Shown here in pieces: positions 44,805 through 54,204 of a stretch of 64,000 nt of DNA. The notes beneath the pieces are model-generated. The model ran no database searches and was not told the DNA's origin. It was given only the letters and a program-made list of their open reading frames with translations. The position numbers and the translations under genes were made by a program. The DNA is from a virus (taxonomy: Duplodnaviria; Heunggongvirae; Uroviricota; Caudoviricetes), in the IMG/VR virus record IMGVR_UViG_3300027798_000013. The stretch is one strand, 5' to 3'. Every line of letters starts with the position of its first letter. Position 1 is the stretch's first letter.

Positions 44805-45016
44805 CAACAGCCCAAGAACTAACTGATCAATTGATCAACCGTGCAAAAAATTTACAAGAGTTTGTGGTTCAACGTGAGTGGGAAGAAATCCCAGCAGGCG
44901 TTGTTCGATTTAATATACAGCACACACAAGGACATCTTGCTAGAATTTTCGTGCCTGCTCTCACACAATCAGAAGCAGAATCTATGGTCAATGAATGGTT
45001 TGAAGAGGAAGTATAA
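44801..45016 (+). CDS. Hypothetical protein
   Basis: ATGA overlap with folE. Confidence 0.7.
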   Translation: MTTAQELTDQLINRAKNLQEFVVQREWEEIPAGVVRFNIQHTQGHLARIFVPALTQSEAESMVNEWFEEEV

Positions 45017-45189
45017 TGGACCCTAAACACCTGTACACATTTAGATGGACACAGCCGTACTCAACATACCGACAACGTCCGTATTTGCGTAGCCAGCATG
45101 AAGCATACGAACAACTAGTCGAACGGTTCCTTGAAGATGGTAATTTTAAAGAAGCAAACATAGCAATAGAAAGAATAATGAAATTATGA
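45016..45189 (+). CDS. Hypothetical protein, 57 aa (not in ORF track)
   Basis: MDPKHLYTFRWTQPY...ERIMKL; TAATG and ATGA overlaps. Confidence 0.6.
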   Translation: MDPKHLYTFRWTQPYSTYRQRPYLRSQHEAYEQLVERFLEDGNFKEANIAIERIMKL

Positions 45190-45506
45190 ACTGGTTTAAA
45201 CGAATAATAGTCAAGTGGGTACGTGAGGATTGGGAAAATTCTGGACGAGTTCCGCAGGAAGATTGGGACCCAAGTACCAAAATGAGTCGTGGCAATTCTA
45301 TCAGCACTATCAGTGGTCGTGCCAATGTTGACAGCGAGCCCACACTTCAATTCAAAGTGTACAGTGCTGTGGGCGGAAAGATTGTGGAGTTTAGTCGCTA
45401 TGATCCAAAGTCTGACAGAACTGACCGTCAAATTTATATTATTGGCAAGGAAGAAGACTTTGGCGAAAAGATTGCTAAAATTTCAACATTAGAGGCGCTA
45501 CGATGA
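45186..45506 (+). CDS. Hypothetical protein
   Basis: Operon-coupled ORF. Confidence 0.7.
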   Translation: MNWFKRIIVKWVREDWENSGRVPQEDWDPSTKMSRGNSISTISGRANVDSEPTLQFKVYSAVGGKIVEFSRYDPKSDRTDRQIYIIGKEEDFGEKIAKISTLEALR

Positions 45507-45892
45507 ACACACAGGTACCAGCAGAAGGCATAATGAAAACAAACGATTGGGGAGACAGCAGAGTCTATCGAATTGCTTGTAATTGTGGTGATGAAAATCA
45601 CAATCACAACATGTGGGTGGAAGCAGATGATTGTGACATTGTTGTAACCATTTATACCACAGGCAAAACAAACTGGTGGAGTAAAACACGCTGGTATCAC
45701 ATTTGGACATTGTTAACCAAAGGTTATATTGATACTGAATCCACTGTACACTTAACCAAACAACAAGCACTTAATTATGCTGAAACTTTGAAAAGTGCCA
45801 TTGATGATCTCGAAGCTTTTCGTAATGCTAGACAACACAACGAAGAACGTGCTACAATAAAAAAAATGGCAAATGAACAGGATTGTGTATGA
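45503..45892 (+). CDS. Hypothetical protein (CxC..H motif)
   Basis: YRIACNCGDENH. Confidence 0.7.
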   Translation: MNTQVPAEGIMKTNDWGDSRVYRIACNCGDENHNHNMWVEADDCDIVVTIYTTGKTNWWSKTRWYHIWTLLTKGYIDTESTVHLTKQQALNYAETLKSAIDDLEAFRNARQHNEERATIKKMANEQDCV

Positions 45893-46743
45893 GCAAAATT
45901 AAAATAGCGGAACTGTTTTACAGTATCCAAGGTGAAGGACGCTACATGGGCGTCCCGTCTGTGTTTCTACGCACATTCGGTTGTAACTTCAAATGCGCTG
46001 GCTTTGGTATGCCACGTGGTGAAATAAGTCACGAAGCAACTGACATTGCGGCCACACACAAAATGATTACGCCGTTTACAACATATGAAGAACTTCCTTT
46101 GGTTTCTACGGGCTGTGATAGTTATGCTAGTTGGCATCCTGATTTTAAAGAACTTAGTCCAATGCTCACTTCAGAAGCAATCGCCGACAGAATCTCGGAA
46201 ATTATTCCATTTGGAGAATGGCGAGACGAACACTTAGTTATCACAGGCGGTGAGCCCTTGTTAGGTTGGCAACGTGCTTATCCAGACTTGATTAACAACA
46301 CCAAGATGCGCGGATTGAAAGAAATTACATTTGAAACAAATGGTACTCAGAAACTTACACCAGAATTTAAAGAATACTTGAGAAAGTGGAACAGTGTAGT
46401 AGGTAGAGAACTTACATTTAGTGTAAGTGCCAAACTGCCATGTAGTGGCGAAGTGTGGGAAGAAGCTATCCTTCCAGAAGTGGTTTGTGAATACGAACAA
46501 GTTGGCACAGCATATTTGAAGTTTGTTATTGCCACAGAACAAGACTTTGCTGATGCTGAGTGTGCTATTGCGGCATATCGTACAGCAGGATTTAAAGGAC
46601 ACGTTTATCTGATGCCAGTAGGCGGTGTAGAAAGTGTATACGCAATGAATAATAAAAACGTAGCAATACTGGCTATGAAAAACGGCTTACGTTATAGCGA
46701 CAGATTACAAGTGCCGTTATTTAAAAATGAATGGGGTACTTAA
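45889..46743 (+). CDS. queE: 7-carboxy-7-deazaguanine synthase (radical SAM)
   Basis: ELFYSIQGEG, FLRTFGCN, VITGGEPL, FETNGT, SAKL, YLMP, RLQV; start at 45889. Confidence 0.9.
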   Translation: MSKIKIAELFYSIQGEGRYMGVPSVFLRTFGCNFKCAGFGMPRGEISHEATDIAATHKMITPFTTYEELPLVSTGCDSYASWHPDFKELSPMLTSEAIADRISEIIPFGEWRDEHLVITGGEPLLGWQRAYPDLINNTKMRGLKEITFETNGTQKLTPEFKEYLRKWNSVVGRELTFSVSAKLPCSGEVWEEAILPEVVCEYEQVGTAYLKFVIATEQDFADAECAIAAYRTAGFKGHVYLMPVGGVESVYAMNNKNVAILAMKNGLRYSDRLQVPLFKNEWGT

Positions 46744-47150
46744 TGAAAAAGTTTATACAAAAGATTTTTGGTATTACAAAGTTAATTGAAGAAAAGGACT
46801 TAGCGTTAGCTGAAGCAAGCAAAGCTAAGGAAGCAGAAGAACATGCTAAAATGTCTCCAAAAGAACGTGCTAACAAAAGAAAAGAACCGTGGGTAGCTGT
46901 ACTAGAAACGCATGTTAACAAAGATAATCCAGCAAATGGATTTTTTGAGCTTGACTGGAATGAATATTTTGTGCTACAATTAAGACAAGCAGGTTACGGT
47001 TACGAAGGTGATACTGATGAATTGATTGTTGACTTGTGGTTTAAAACACTAGCACGTAACATGCTTAGTGATGAGGGTTTGGATTTGAATCGTAGTCAAG
47101 GTTTTATTAATGTTCAGAAACTGGACGCAAACAGATCGGAAATTGGATGA
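46743..47150 (+). CDS. Hypothetical protein
   Basis: Start reassigned to 46743 (MKKFIQKIFG). Confidence 0.7.
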   Translation: MKKFIQKIFGITKLIEEKDLALAEASKAKEAEEHAKMSPKERANKRKEPWVAVLETHVNKDNPANGFFELDWNEYFVLQLRQAGYGYEGDTDELIVDLWFKTLARNMLSDEGLDLNRSQGFINVQKLDANRSEIG

Positions 47151-48166
47151 CATATATTATAGTTGATACTGCTAACACATTCTTTCGTGCTAGACACGTG
47201 GTTCAAGGCAGTGCTGACATTAAGTTGGGTATGGCATTCCACATTACCCTCAACAGTATTAAAAAAGCATGGCAAGACTTTGGTGGTAGCCATGTGGTGT
47301 TCTGCCTCGAGGGTCGAAGCTGGCGCAAAGATTTTTACAAGCCTTACAAAGCCAATCGTAAAGAAGCTAGAGATGCATTAACTGAACGCGAACAAGAAGA
47401 AGACAAATTGTTCTGGGAAGCATTTGACGAATTTAAAAAATTTGTTACCGAAAAAACTAATTGCACTATACTACAGCATCCACGTTTAGAAGCTGACGAT
47501 TTGATTGCAGGTTGGACACAAGCTCATCCGGATGCAAAACATGTTATCATTAGTACAGATGGCGACTTTGCGCAATTGATTAAACATAATGTAAGTCAGT
47601 ATAACGGTGTAGGCGATTTGCATATCACGCATGAAGGCACATTTGATGCCAAGGGCAAACCTGTTAAAGACAAAAAGACAGGCGAGCCTAAGGCCGCACA
47701 AGATCCAGAATGGATGCTGTTCGAAAAATGTATGCGTGGCGACACTAGCGATAATGTGTTTTCGGCATATCCAGGTGTGCGTACTAAAGGTTCTAAAAAC
47801 AAAGTTGGTCTTACTGAAGCATTTGAAGACCGTAAGAGCAAAGGGTTCTCTTGGAACAATCTCATGTTGCAACGTTGGGTCGACCACGATGGTCGAGAAC
47901 ATCGTGTGTTAGAGGATTATTTGCGTAACGTACACTTGTGCGATTTAACAGCACAACCCGAAGACATTAAACAATGTATTCGTGAAACAATTGAAACAAA
48001 CGCAATATCTAAGAGTGTAGATCAAGTGGGTATTCGTATGCTTAAATTCTGCAATGCATGGGACATGAAAAAAATTGCAGACAACATACAAACGTATGCT
48101 GAACCGTTTCAAGCAAAATATCCAACTACCAAAGCCGCACAAAACTTATTCGAGGAACAACTATGA
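47147..48166 (+). CDS. rnh: RNase H / 5'-3' flap exonuclease (T4 rnh-like)
   Basis: IIVDTAN.FFR, SWRKDFYKPYKANR, EADDLIA, ISTDGDFAQL, GDTSDNV. Confidence 0.88.
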   Translation: MTYIIVDTANTFFRARHVVQGSADIKLGMAFHITLNSIKKAWQDFGGSHVVFCLEGRSWRKDFYKPYKANRKEARDALTEREQEEDKLFWEAFDEFKKFVTEKTNCTILQHPRLEADDLIAGWTQAHPDAKHVIISTDGDFAQLIKHNVSQYNGVGDLHITHEGTFDAKGKPVKDKKTGEPKAAQDPEWMLFEKCMRGDTSDNVFSAYPGVRTKGSKNKVGLTEAFEDRKSKGFSWNNLMLQRWVDHDGREHRVLEDYLRNVHLCDLTAQPEDIKQCIRETIETNAISKSVDQVGIRMLKFCNAWDMKKIADNIQTYAEPFQAKYPTTKAAQNLFEEQL

Positions 48167-48648
48167 CAGAGATACACGCAAAGCCCATTGTAGATGGCAA
48201 ATTTTGGATCGTGGAAAAAGACGGCAACAAAATTGCCACACTACACAAAAAAGAAAACAATCGTTTTGTGTTATCCAGCACCAACGGTGAAGTGATGTTT
48301 AACAAAAAAGAAGACTTACAAAAACAATTTGGTAAAGAGTTCTTTTTAAAGAATACCAAAGTTAAAGTAACTTCTGCAGAACCTGAAACACATGAGGTGC
48401 ACGGATTTCCAGCTATGTGTAAACCTTATAACAGTATGTATGATGTAAAACGTAAGCTACCGTTGTTTACTAAATCAAATGCCAGTAAAAGTTTGTATTG
48501 TGCAGGTTACTACACAATCAAATTTGAAAAAGGTTGGGTACGTAGTTTTTGTCCTAAACTAATTACAATTGAACGTTATCCAAATAAAGGTCCGTTTATG
48601 AGTGAGTTTGAAATGAAGGCAGTGTTGGCAAATGCAAAATCCAATTAA
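48163..48648 (+). CDS. Conserved phage hypothetical protein
   Basis: Operon-coupled ORF. Confidence 0.72.
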   Translation: MTEIHAKPIVDGKFWIVEKDGNKIATLHKKENNRFVLSSTNGEVMFNKKEDLQKQFGKEFFLKNTKVKVTSAEPETHEVHGFPAMCKPYNSMYDVKRKLPLFTKSNASKSLYCAGYYTIKFEKGWVRSFCPKLITIERYPNKGPFMSEFEMKAVLANAKSN

Positions 48649-48880
48649 TACTGCCGCACTATTACAATTTACTCAATTGTTAAAATCTGCCGAATTGACT
48701 CAACAAAAAGAACTAAAGATGACAATTCAACAGGCCAGATTACTTAATATAGCCCTTACTGAAGTATTGACCAAGTTATCGCAAGATTACGAAAGTTTAT
48801 TTCATAGTTTAAAACAATCCAGTGCTAACGAAGTAGTTAGCATACAACTAGACGGTGGAGTGTTTGGCGAGGAAAAATAG
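48632..48880 (+). CDS. Hypothetical protein
   Basis: Helical ORF. Confidence 0.65.
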   Translation: MQNPINTAALLQFTQLLKSAELTQQKELKMTIQQARLLNIALTEVLTKLSQDYESLFHSLKQSSANEVVSIQLDGGVFGEEK

Positions 48881-48881
48881 A

Positions 48882-48887
48882 TAAATA
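48882..48887 (+). promoter_or_regulatory. Late-promoter-like TAAATA motif
   Basis: 32 nt before ATG 48914. Confidence 0.5.
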
Positions 48888-48913
48888 TATACGTACATAT
48901 CGAGACGTATATT

Positions 48914-49198
48914 ATGAGTCGACCAAAACCAAAAGTATTATTAGAGTATATCAGTAAAAAAACCTATAAAGCTGAACAAGTTTTAGAGTCGGAAGCCATT
49001 TGGGCTGTGTTCTATAAAGCTGAGCCGTTCAATCTCAAATCTTTTAGTAGTGTCACAAGCTATCCTGGACCTAAGTACAAAAAGACAAGTTTCTCAAATC
49101 CCGGTCATGCACATAATCTAGCAAAAAAACTAAATTTAACTTTTGGTACTACGGATTTTGAGGTATATAAACTCACAACCGGTACCTTAGTTAAATGA
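48914..49198 (+). CDS. Conserved phage hypothetical protein
   Basis: MSRPKPKVLLE...GPKYKKTSFSNPGHA. Confidence 0.72.
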   Translation: MSRPKPKVLLEYISKKTYKAEQVLESEAIWAVFYKAEPFNLKSFSSVTSYPGPKYKKTSFSNPGHAHNLAKKLNLTFGTTDFEVYKLTTGTLVK

Positions 49199-49593
49199 TA
49201 TCAAACAATACATATACCAAAATATTTTTAAAACAATGGGACAAGAGTAGCGATGAGGCCAATGTCCAATTGTTTCAACGTAAGTGGTTTGTAAACAACA
49301 GAACCAAAATTGGCGGCGGCCTTAGACTTACTGAAGATGGAATGGATTTTTTGGTAAAAGAATTGGATCTGGCTTGCTATGAAGTTCCGTTTACCGAATT
49401 GATTGAGCTAAGTCCGCAGACCATAATCTTTTTGGACAGATATATTGACTGTCCATATTTCCTCACAAATCAAAGTATTACTGTGTTTTCCGAACGTAAA
49501 AGTTTTGAGCTGTATATGTTTTCGGACGACATCCGTAAATTTGGGCTAATGAAAGCCATGAAAAATAGGCAAAGTACAGAAGATTCTGCTTGA
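49195..49593 (+). CDS. Hypothetical protein
   Basis: ATGA overlap. Confidence 0.7.
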   Translation: MISNNTYTKIFLKQWDKSSDEANVQLFQRKWFVNNRTKIGGGLRLTEDGMDFLVKELDLACYEVPFTELIELSPQTIIFLDRYIDCPYFLTNQSITVFSERKSFELYMFSDDIRKFGLMKAMKNRQSTEDSA

Positions 49594-49618
49594 CGTGACC
49601 TTGGAACGGTGCTATAAT
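49590..49618 (+). promoter_or_regulatory. sigma70-type promoter
   Basis: TTGACG-N17-TATAAT. Confidence 0.75.
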
Positions 49619-49678
49619 ACTTACATAGCGTAAAAGATTACCTAGCAATTTAAACCCGTAACTTAAAGGAAATGCAAA

Positions 49679-50779
49679 ATGGCAGAAATTAACAGCCGAA
49701 CAGTTGGACCAAAAGGCGCAAAAAAATCCCTGCGCAAAGCGTTCAAAAACAAACGTCCAATTTTCCTGTGGGGTCCTCCCGGAATTGGTAAATCCGACAT
49801 TATCAAACAACTTGGTACCGAGCTTGATGCTCATGTGATCGACGTTCGTTTGAGCCTTTGGGAACCTACTGACATCAAAGGTATTCCTTACTTTGACTCA
49901 AACACTAGCAAAATGGTTTGGGCACCTCCGTCAGAATTGCCTGATGCAGAACTTTCTAAGAAACATAAAACAATTATCCTGTTCATGGACGAGATGAACA
50001 GTGCGGCTCCTAGTGTACAGGCCGCGGCCTATCAGCTGATTTTGAATCGCCGTGTTGGTACTTACAGCTTGCCAGACAATGTTGTTATGGTAGCGGCTGG
50101 TAATCGTGAAACTGACAAAGGTGTCACTTTCCGTATGCCTGCTCCGTTGGCAAATCGTTTTGTTCACTTGGAAATGACAGTGGACTGGGACGACTACTTT
50201 GACTGGGCAGTGGATAATAAAATCCACACTGATGTTGTGGGCTTTCTGACTTTCAGCAAGAAAGACTTGTACGACTTTGATCCCAAAGCTAGCTCGCGCT
50301 CGTTTGCTACTCCACGTAGCTGGTCATTTGTAAGTGAGTTGTTGCACGACGATGACTGCGATAATGACACATTGACTGATTTGGTATCAGGTTCAGTTGG
50401 TGAAGGTCTTGCTCTTAAGTTTATGGCACACCGTAAACACTCTAGCAAAATGCCTAACCCTAGCGATATTTTGAGTGGTAAGGTTAAGAAGATGGACTCA
50501 AAAGAAATTTCAGCCATGTATTCTTTAACTGTGTCCCTGTGCTACGAATTGAAAGATGCAAACGAAAAGAATGCAAAAAACTGGAACGACCAAACTAATA
50601 ACTTTTTTGAATTTATGATGAATAACTTTGAAACTGAATTGGTTATTATGGGCACAAAGATCGCATTAAGCACTTACAAACTGCCGTTGGATCCGGACGA
50701 AATTAAATGTTTTGATGCCTTCCATGCCAAGTACGGCAAGTACATTGCACAGGCCACTGACAAGGAAAGTCGTAAATAA
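49679..50779 (+). CDS. MoxR-like AAA+ ATPase
   Basis: WGPPGIGKS, LFMDEMN, AAGNR, PLANRF, TPRSW. Confidence 0.85.
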   Translation: MAEINSRTVGPKGAKKSLRKAFKNKRPIFLWGPPGIGKSDIIKQLGTELDAHVIDVRLSLWEPTDIKGIPYFDSNTSKMVWAPPSELPDAELSKKHKTIILFMDEMNSAAPSVQAAAYQLILNRRVGTYSLPDNVVMVAAGNRETDKGVTFRMPAPLANRFVHLEMTVDWDDYFDWAVDNKIHTDVVGFLTFSKKDLYDFDPKASSRSFATPRSWSFVSELLHDDDCDNDTLTDLVSGSVGEGLALKFMAHRKHSSKMPNPSDILSGKVKKMDSKEISAMYSLTVSLCYELKDANEKNAKNWNDQTNNFFEFMMNNFETELVIMGTKIALSTYKLPLDPDEIKCFDAFHAKYGKYIAQATDKESRK

Positions 50780-50795
50780 TACGGTTTAGTACCAT

Positions 50796-50824
50796 TTGAC
50801 ACCTCCTTCGGGAGGTGTTATAAT
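50796..50824 (+). promoter_or_regulatory. Perfect-consensus sigma70 promoter whose spacer is a cUUCGg hairpin
   Basis: TTGACA-N17-TATAAT; GACACCTCC-TTCG-GGAGGTGTT at 50798-50819. Confidence 0.8.
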
Positions 50825-50849
50825 ATATACATACAGTAAAGGAGCATTC

Positions 50850-52028
50850 ATGTCACACATAGATCCAATTATCGACAAAATTATTGTAGCCCGTGTGGGT
50901 CTACTACTTCGCCATCCATTCTTTGGCAATATGGCAACTCGTTTGCAAATTAAAGAAGCAGAAGAATGGTGTCATACAGCGGCTACCGATGGTCGAGCTA
51001 TCTATTTTAATCGTAAGTTTTTTGAACCTCTTTCAATTAAACAAATCGAATTTGTTATTGCACACGAAATCTTGCACAACGTATTTGATCATATGGGACG
51101 TAACGAAGGTCGTAACCACCGTATTTTTAACATTGCGGCTGACTATTGTGTGAACGGACAAGTTGTTCGTGACCGTATTGGTGATCACGAAATTGAAGGT
51201 ATTAAAATCTTCCATGACCCAAAGTACTACGGTATGGGTGCAGAAGAAATCTATGACAAAATCTTTGACGAAATGGACGAGGAAGAACTCGATGCACTTG
51301 GCCAGTTGTTAGACGACCACATCGACTGGGGCGAAAAAGACCCCAATGGTAATCGCCCCAGCTACAGCAAAGATGAATTGAAAAAGATTCGTGACGAGAT
51401 GCGTGAAGCAACCATGGGGGCCGCGCAGGCCGCGGGTGCAGGAAATACTCCTGCAAGTATCCAACGCATGATTAAGGAACTCACAGAGCCTAAGATGAAC
51501 TGGCGTGAAATTATCCGTCAGCAAATACAAAGTGTTATTAAGGATGACTTTAGTTTTATGCGTCCTAACCGAAAAGGTTGGCACATGGGTGCGATTCTTC
51601 CAGGTACTAACTTCAAAGAAACAATCGATATTTGTGTAGGCATTGATATGAGTGGTTCTATTGGCGATGAACAAGCCAAAGACTTCTTGACAGAGATCAA
51701 AGGTATTATGCAAGAATATCAAGATTTTAGTATTAAAGTATGGTGTTTTGATACTTGTGTTTACAACGAAGCAGACTACAATAGTTACAACGTAGACGAG
51801 TTTGACGAGTACGAACCTATGGGTGGTGGCGGTACTGAGTTTATGGCTAATTGGGAATACATGAAAGAAAATGATATTCAGCCTAAAAAGTTCATCATGT
51901 TTACAGATGGATATCCATATGGATCATGGGGAGATGAGAACTATTGCGATACAGTATTCATTATTCATGGTAATGACAAAATTGTCCCTCCTTGGGGCGA
52001 ACACGCCTACTACGAATTTAAAGAATGA
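50850..52028 (+). CDS. DUF2201-type metallopeptidase (HExxH) plus VWA domain protein
   Basis: TAATDG, IAHEILH, IDMSGSIG (MIDAS), GGGGTEF, FTDG; start reassigned to ATG 50850 after AAAGGAG. Confidence 0.85.
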   Translation: MSHIDPIIDKIIVARVGLLLRHPFFGNMATRLQIKEAEEWCHTAATDGRAIYFNRKFFEPLSIKQIEFVIAHEILHNVFDHMGRNEGRNHRIFNIAADYCVNGQVVRDRIGDHEIEGIKIFHDPKYYGMGAEEIYDKIFDEMDEEELDALGQLLDDHIDWGEKDPNGNRPSYSKDELKKIRDEMREATMGAAQAAGAGNTPASIQRMIKELTEPKMNWREIIRQQIQSVIKDDFSFMRPNRKGWHMGAILPGTNFKETIDICVGIDMSGSIGDEQAKDFLTEIKGIMQEYQDFSIKVWCFDTCVYNEADYNSYNVDEFDEYEPMGGGGTEFMANWEYMKENDIQPKKFIMFTDGYPYGSWGDENYCDTVFIIHGNDKIVPPWGEHAYYEFKE

Positions 52029-52297
52029 CATTAAAAGCTGGCAAACCCAACCCGTTAAATTATTTTGGCTTACGCAGGGTTGAGTTTGCTTGCCCGCATT
52101 TTAACTATACCACATTAGATAAGTTTGCTCCCAATCTCACTAAAGAAGTAGATAGTTGGATACGTCAAAATCTTAACGGGCGATACTATATAGGACAGGA
52201 TCTAGTACTAGATCATACCAACACAATTGTTTATATTACTAAGATAGGATTTGAGGTCGAGAAAGAACTTAGTTTTTTCAAGATTGCCTATACCTGA
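52025..52297 (+). CDS. Hypothetical protein
   Basis: ATGA overlap. Confidence 0.7.
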   Translation: MTLKAGKPNPLNYFGLRRVEFACPHFNYTTLDKFAPNLTKEVDSWIRQNLNGRYYIGQDLVLDHTNTIVYITKIGFEVEKELSFFKIAYT

Positions 52298-52344
52298 ATT
52301 CTAAACAGATAAATTATATTGTGCTTTTTCAATAAGGAGATATT

Positions 52345-52614
52345 ATGACTGATAAAGTAGAACAACTGCAAACAGAACAACCGCAAACAGAACAACCGCA
52401 AACTGAGGGCAAAGATCCAGGTACTGATTTAAACATTCAGGATTTGAGTGCAATGAAAGCTATTATTGACGTGGCTAGTACACGAGGTGCTTTTAAACCA
52501 GCCGAAATGCAAATGGTTGGTCAAACCTATAATAAATTAACAGCTTTTCTAGACCAAGTAGCTAAACAGGCAGAAGCCCAAAAAGTTGCTCAGGCTGGAA
52601 CAGCACAAGGATAA
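52345..52614 (+). CDS. Hypothetical protein
   Basis: AAGGAG RBS; TAAATT late-like variant at 52310. Confidence 0.72.
   Translation: MTDKVEQLQTEQPQTEQPQTEGKDPGTDLNIQDLSAMKAIIDVASTRGAFKPAEMQMVGQTYNKLTAFLDQVAKQAEAQKVAQAGTAQG
52360..52404 (+). repeat. 3 x 15-nt tandem repeat (EQ[L/P]QT)
   Basis: gaacaactgcaaaca gaacaaccgcaaaca gaacaaccgcaaact. Confidence 0.85.
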
Positions 52615-52618
52615 AATT

Positions 52619-53215
52619 ATGTCAGAAATCAAACACGTAGGTAGAATTAGGACTAATAGTAAAAAGTGTATTGTGGTATTTCGTACACTGCCAGGCGATG
52701 CATATAATTGCTTGATTGCTCCAACAGAAAATTTGCCTGATTCTTATCACGATGCTTTAATCAATTTAGTTGAAAGCACCGGTGGTCAAAATGCTAATGA
52801 ATTTGGCGAAGTTATGGCTCGTAGCAATTTCCCGGACGGAAGTATTATGCTGGCCGCAATGCATACACAAGGTATGTTAGTTAAGGTATCAACTGATCAA
52901 GTTGATATGATTCCCAATAATACAGTGCGTATTCCGTTGAGTGAATTAAATCAAATTATTGCAGAACAGCAAGGTGTTGCAGTTGATGCTTTGTCGATTA
53001 AATCGACTATTGCAGAACCGCAAAAGCCAAAAAATACTGGAAAAGTTGAAGTACAAGAAGTTGGCAGTGTAAATGAAATGCCATCCGATCCTACTGATAT
53101 GACTCCAGAAGCTCAAGCAAAACGATTCCGCAGTGAAGCAGATAAGCTGGCAAAACAAGCCGCTGAAATGCGCCGCAAAGCAGAAGAACTTGTGCCTACT
53201 AAGAAAGCTAAGTGA
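52619..53215 (+). CDS. Conserved phage hypothetical protein
   Basis: Start reassigned to 52619 (MSEIKHVGRI) after AAGGA. Confidence 0.72.
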   Translation: MSEIKHVGRIRTNSKKCIVVFRTLPGDAYNCLIAPTENLPDSYHDALINLVESTGGQNANEFGEVMARSNFPDGSIMLAAMHTQGMLVKVSTDQVDMIPNNTVRIPLSELNQIIAEQQGVAVDALSIKSTIAEPQKPKNTGKVEVQEVGSVNEMPSDPTDMTPEAQAKRFRSEADKLAKQAAEMRRKAEELVPTKKAK

Positions 53216-53532
53216 CACGACCTGGGAAAAAACTTCCCAGCGATGTCGTAGCACACTGGCCTGAAATATTTTCTGAAGTGCAATTAAATGTACTACCAAT
53301 AAAATATTTACATGCAGTATTGATTAATTTCAAAGATGGCAAAACTTGGGAAGTAAAAATATCAGCTGAAGCCCGAAAGGACGGATGGAGTGTCTTTGAA
53401 AAACAACTTCAAGAACTAGTAAAGAACTACGAAGAAAATATTGAGAATGTTGATTTTAAACTGGATACACCTAGAGTTAAAAAAGATATTGAAAAAGGCA
53501 CAGAACAATTTTTTAAGAAGAAGAAGTTATAA
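53212..53532 (+). CDS. Hypothetical protein
   Basis: GTG start overlapping the upstream stop. Confidence 0.68.
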   Translation: MTRPGKKLPSDVVAHWPEIFSEVQLNVLPIKYLHAVLINFKDGKTWEVKISAEARKDGWSVFEKQLQELVKNYEENIENVDFKLDTPRVKKDIEKGTEQFFKKKKL

Positions 53533-53535
53533 TAC

Positions 53536-54204
53536 ATGAATGTTCGATTACTTAGTTACAGTCAGCCAACCGAAGAATTTGCAGGCATGGGTCTACAAGA
53601 CGCACAGGAACTCATTGCGTATTGTGCCCGTGTCAGCAATCCCTCTAATCAGCTCAACACAGACACATCAGAAAAACTCATCCGATACTTGGTCAAACAC
53701 CAACACTGGAGCCCACTTGAAATGGTCTCAGCCTGTATTGAAATCACCACAACCAGAGATATTGCAAGACAAATACTCCGACATAGAAGTTTCAGTTTCC
53801 AAGAGTTCAGTCAGCGATATGCTGACCCTACTAAAGACCTGTCGTTTGTATGTAGAGAAGCACGGTTGCAAGATCCAAAGAACAGACAAAACAGTGTCGA
53901 CGTCGATGATCAACTGTTACAAAACGAATGGTACAGAGCTCAACAACGAGTCATCTATGCGGCCAAACGTGAATACGAATGGGCTATCGCTAATGGCATA
54001 GCAAAAGAACAAGCTCGTGCTGTGTTGCCAGAAGGCCTTACAGAAAGTCGTTTATATATGAATGGAACACTGCGTAGCTGGATTCACTTTATTGAATTGC
54101 GTAGTGCTAATGGCACACAGAAAGAGCACCAGGAAGTTGCCATTGCTTGCGCTAAAGTGATAGCTGAGATTTTTCCGCTAGCCACAGAACTTCTAGCCAA
54201 GTAA
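53536..54204 (+). CDS. thyX: FAD-dependent thymidylate synthase
   Basis: YCARVS, HWSPLE, RHRSFSFQEFSQRY, AKEQARAVLP. Confidence 0.95.
   Translation: MNVRLLSYSQPTEEFAGMGLQDAQELIAYCARVSNPSNQLNTDTSEKLIRYLVKHQHWSPLEMVSACIEITTTRDIARQILRHRSFSFQEFSQRYADPTKDLSFVCREARLQDPKNRQNSVDVDDQLLQNEWYRAQQRVIYAAKREYEWAIANGIAKEQARAVLPEGLTESRLYMNGTLRSWIHFIELRSANGTQKEHQEVAIACAKVIAEIFPLATELLAK

Noticed and set aside
50796-50849. TTG start at 50796 for the VWA protein, as in the ORF track
   Set aside because: That TTG is the -35 box; ATG 50850 has a strong AAAGGAG RBS.
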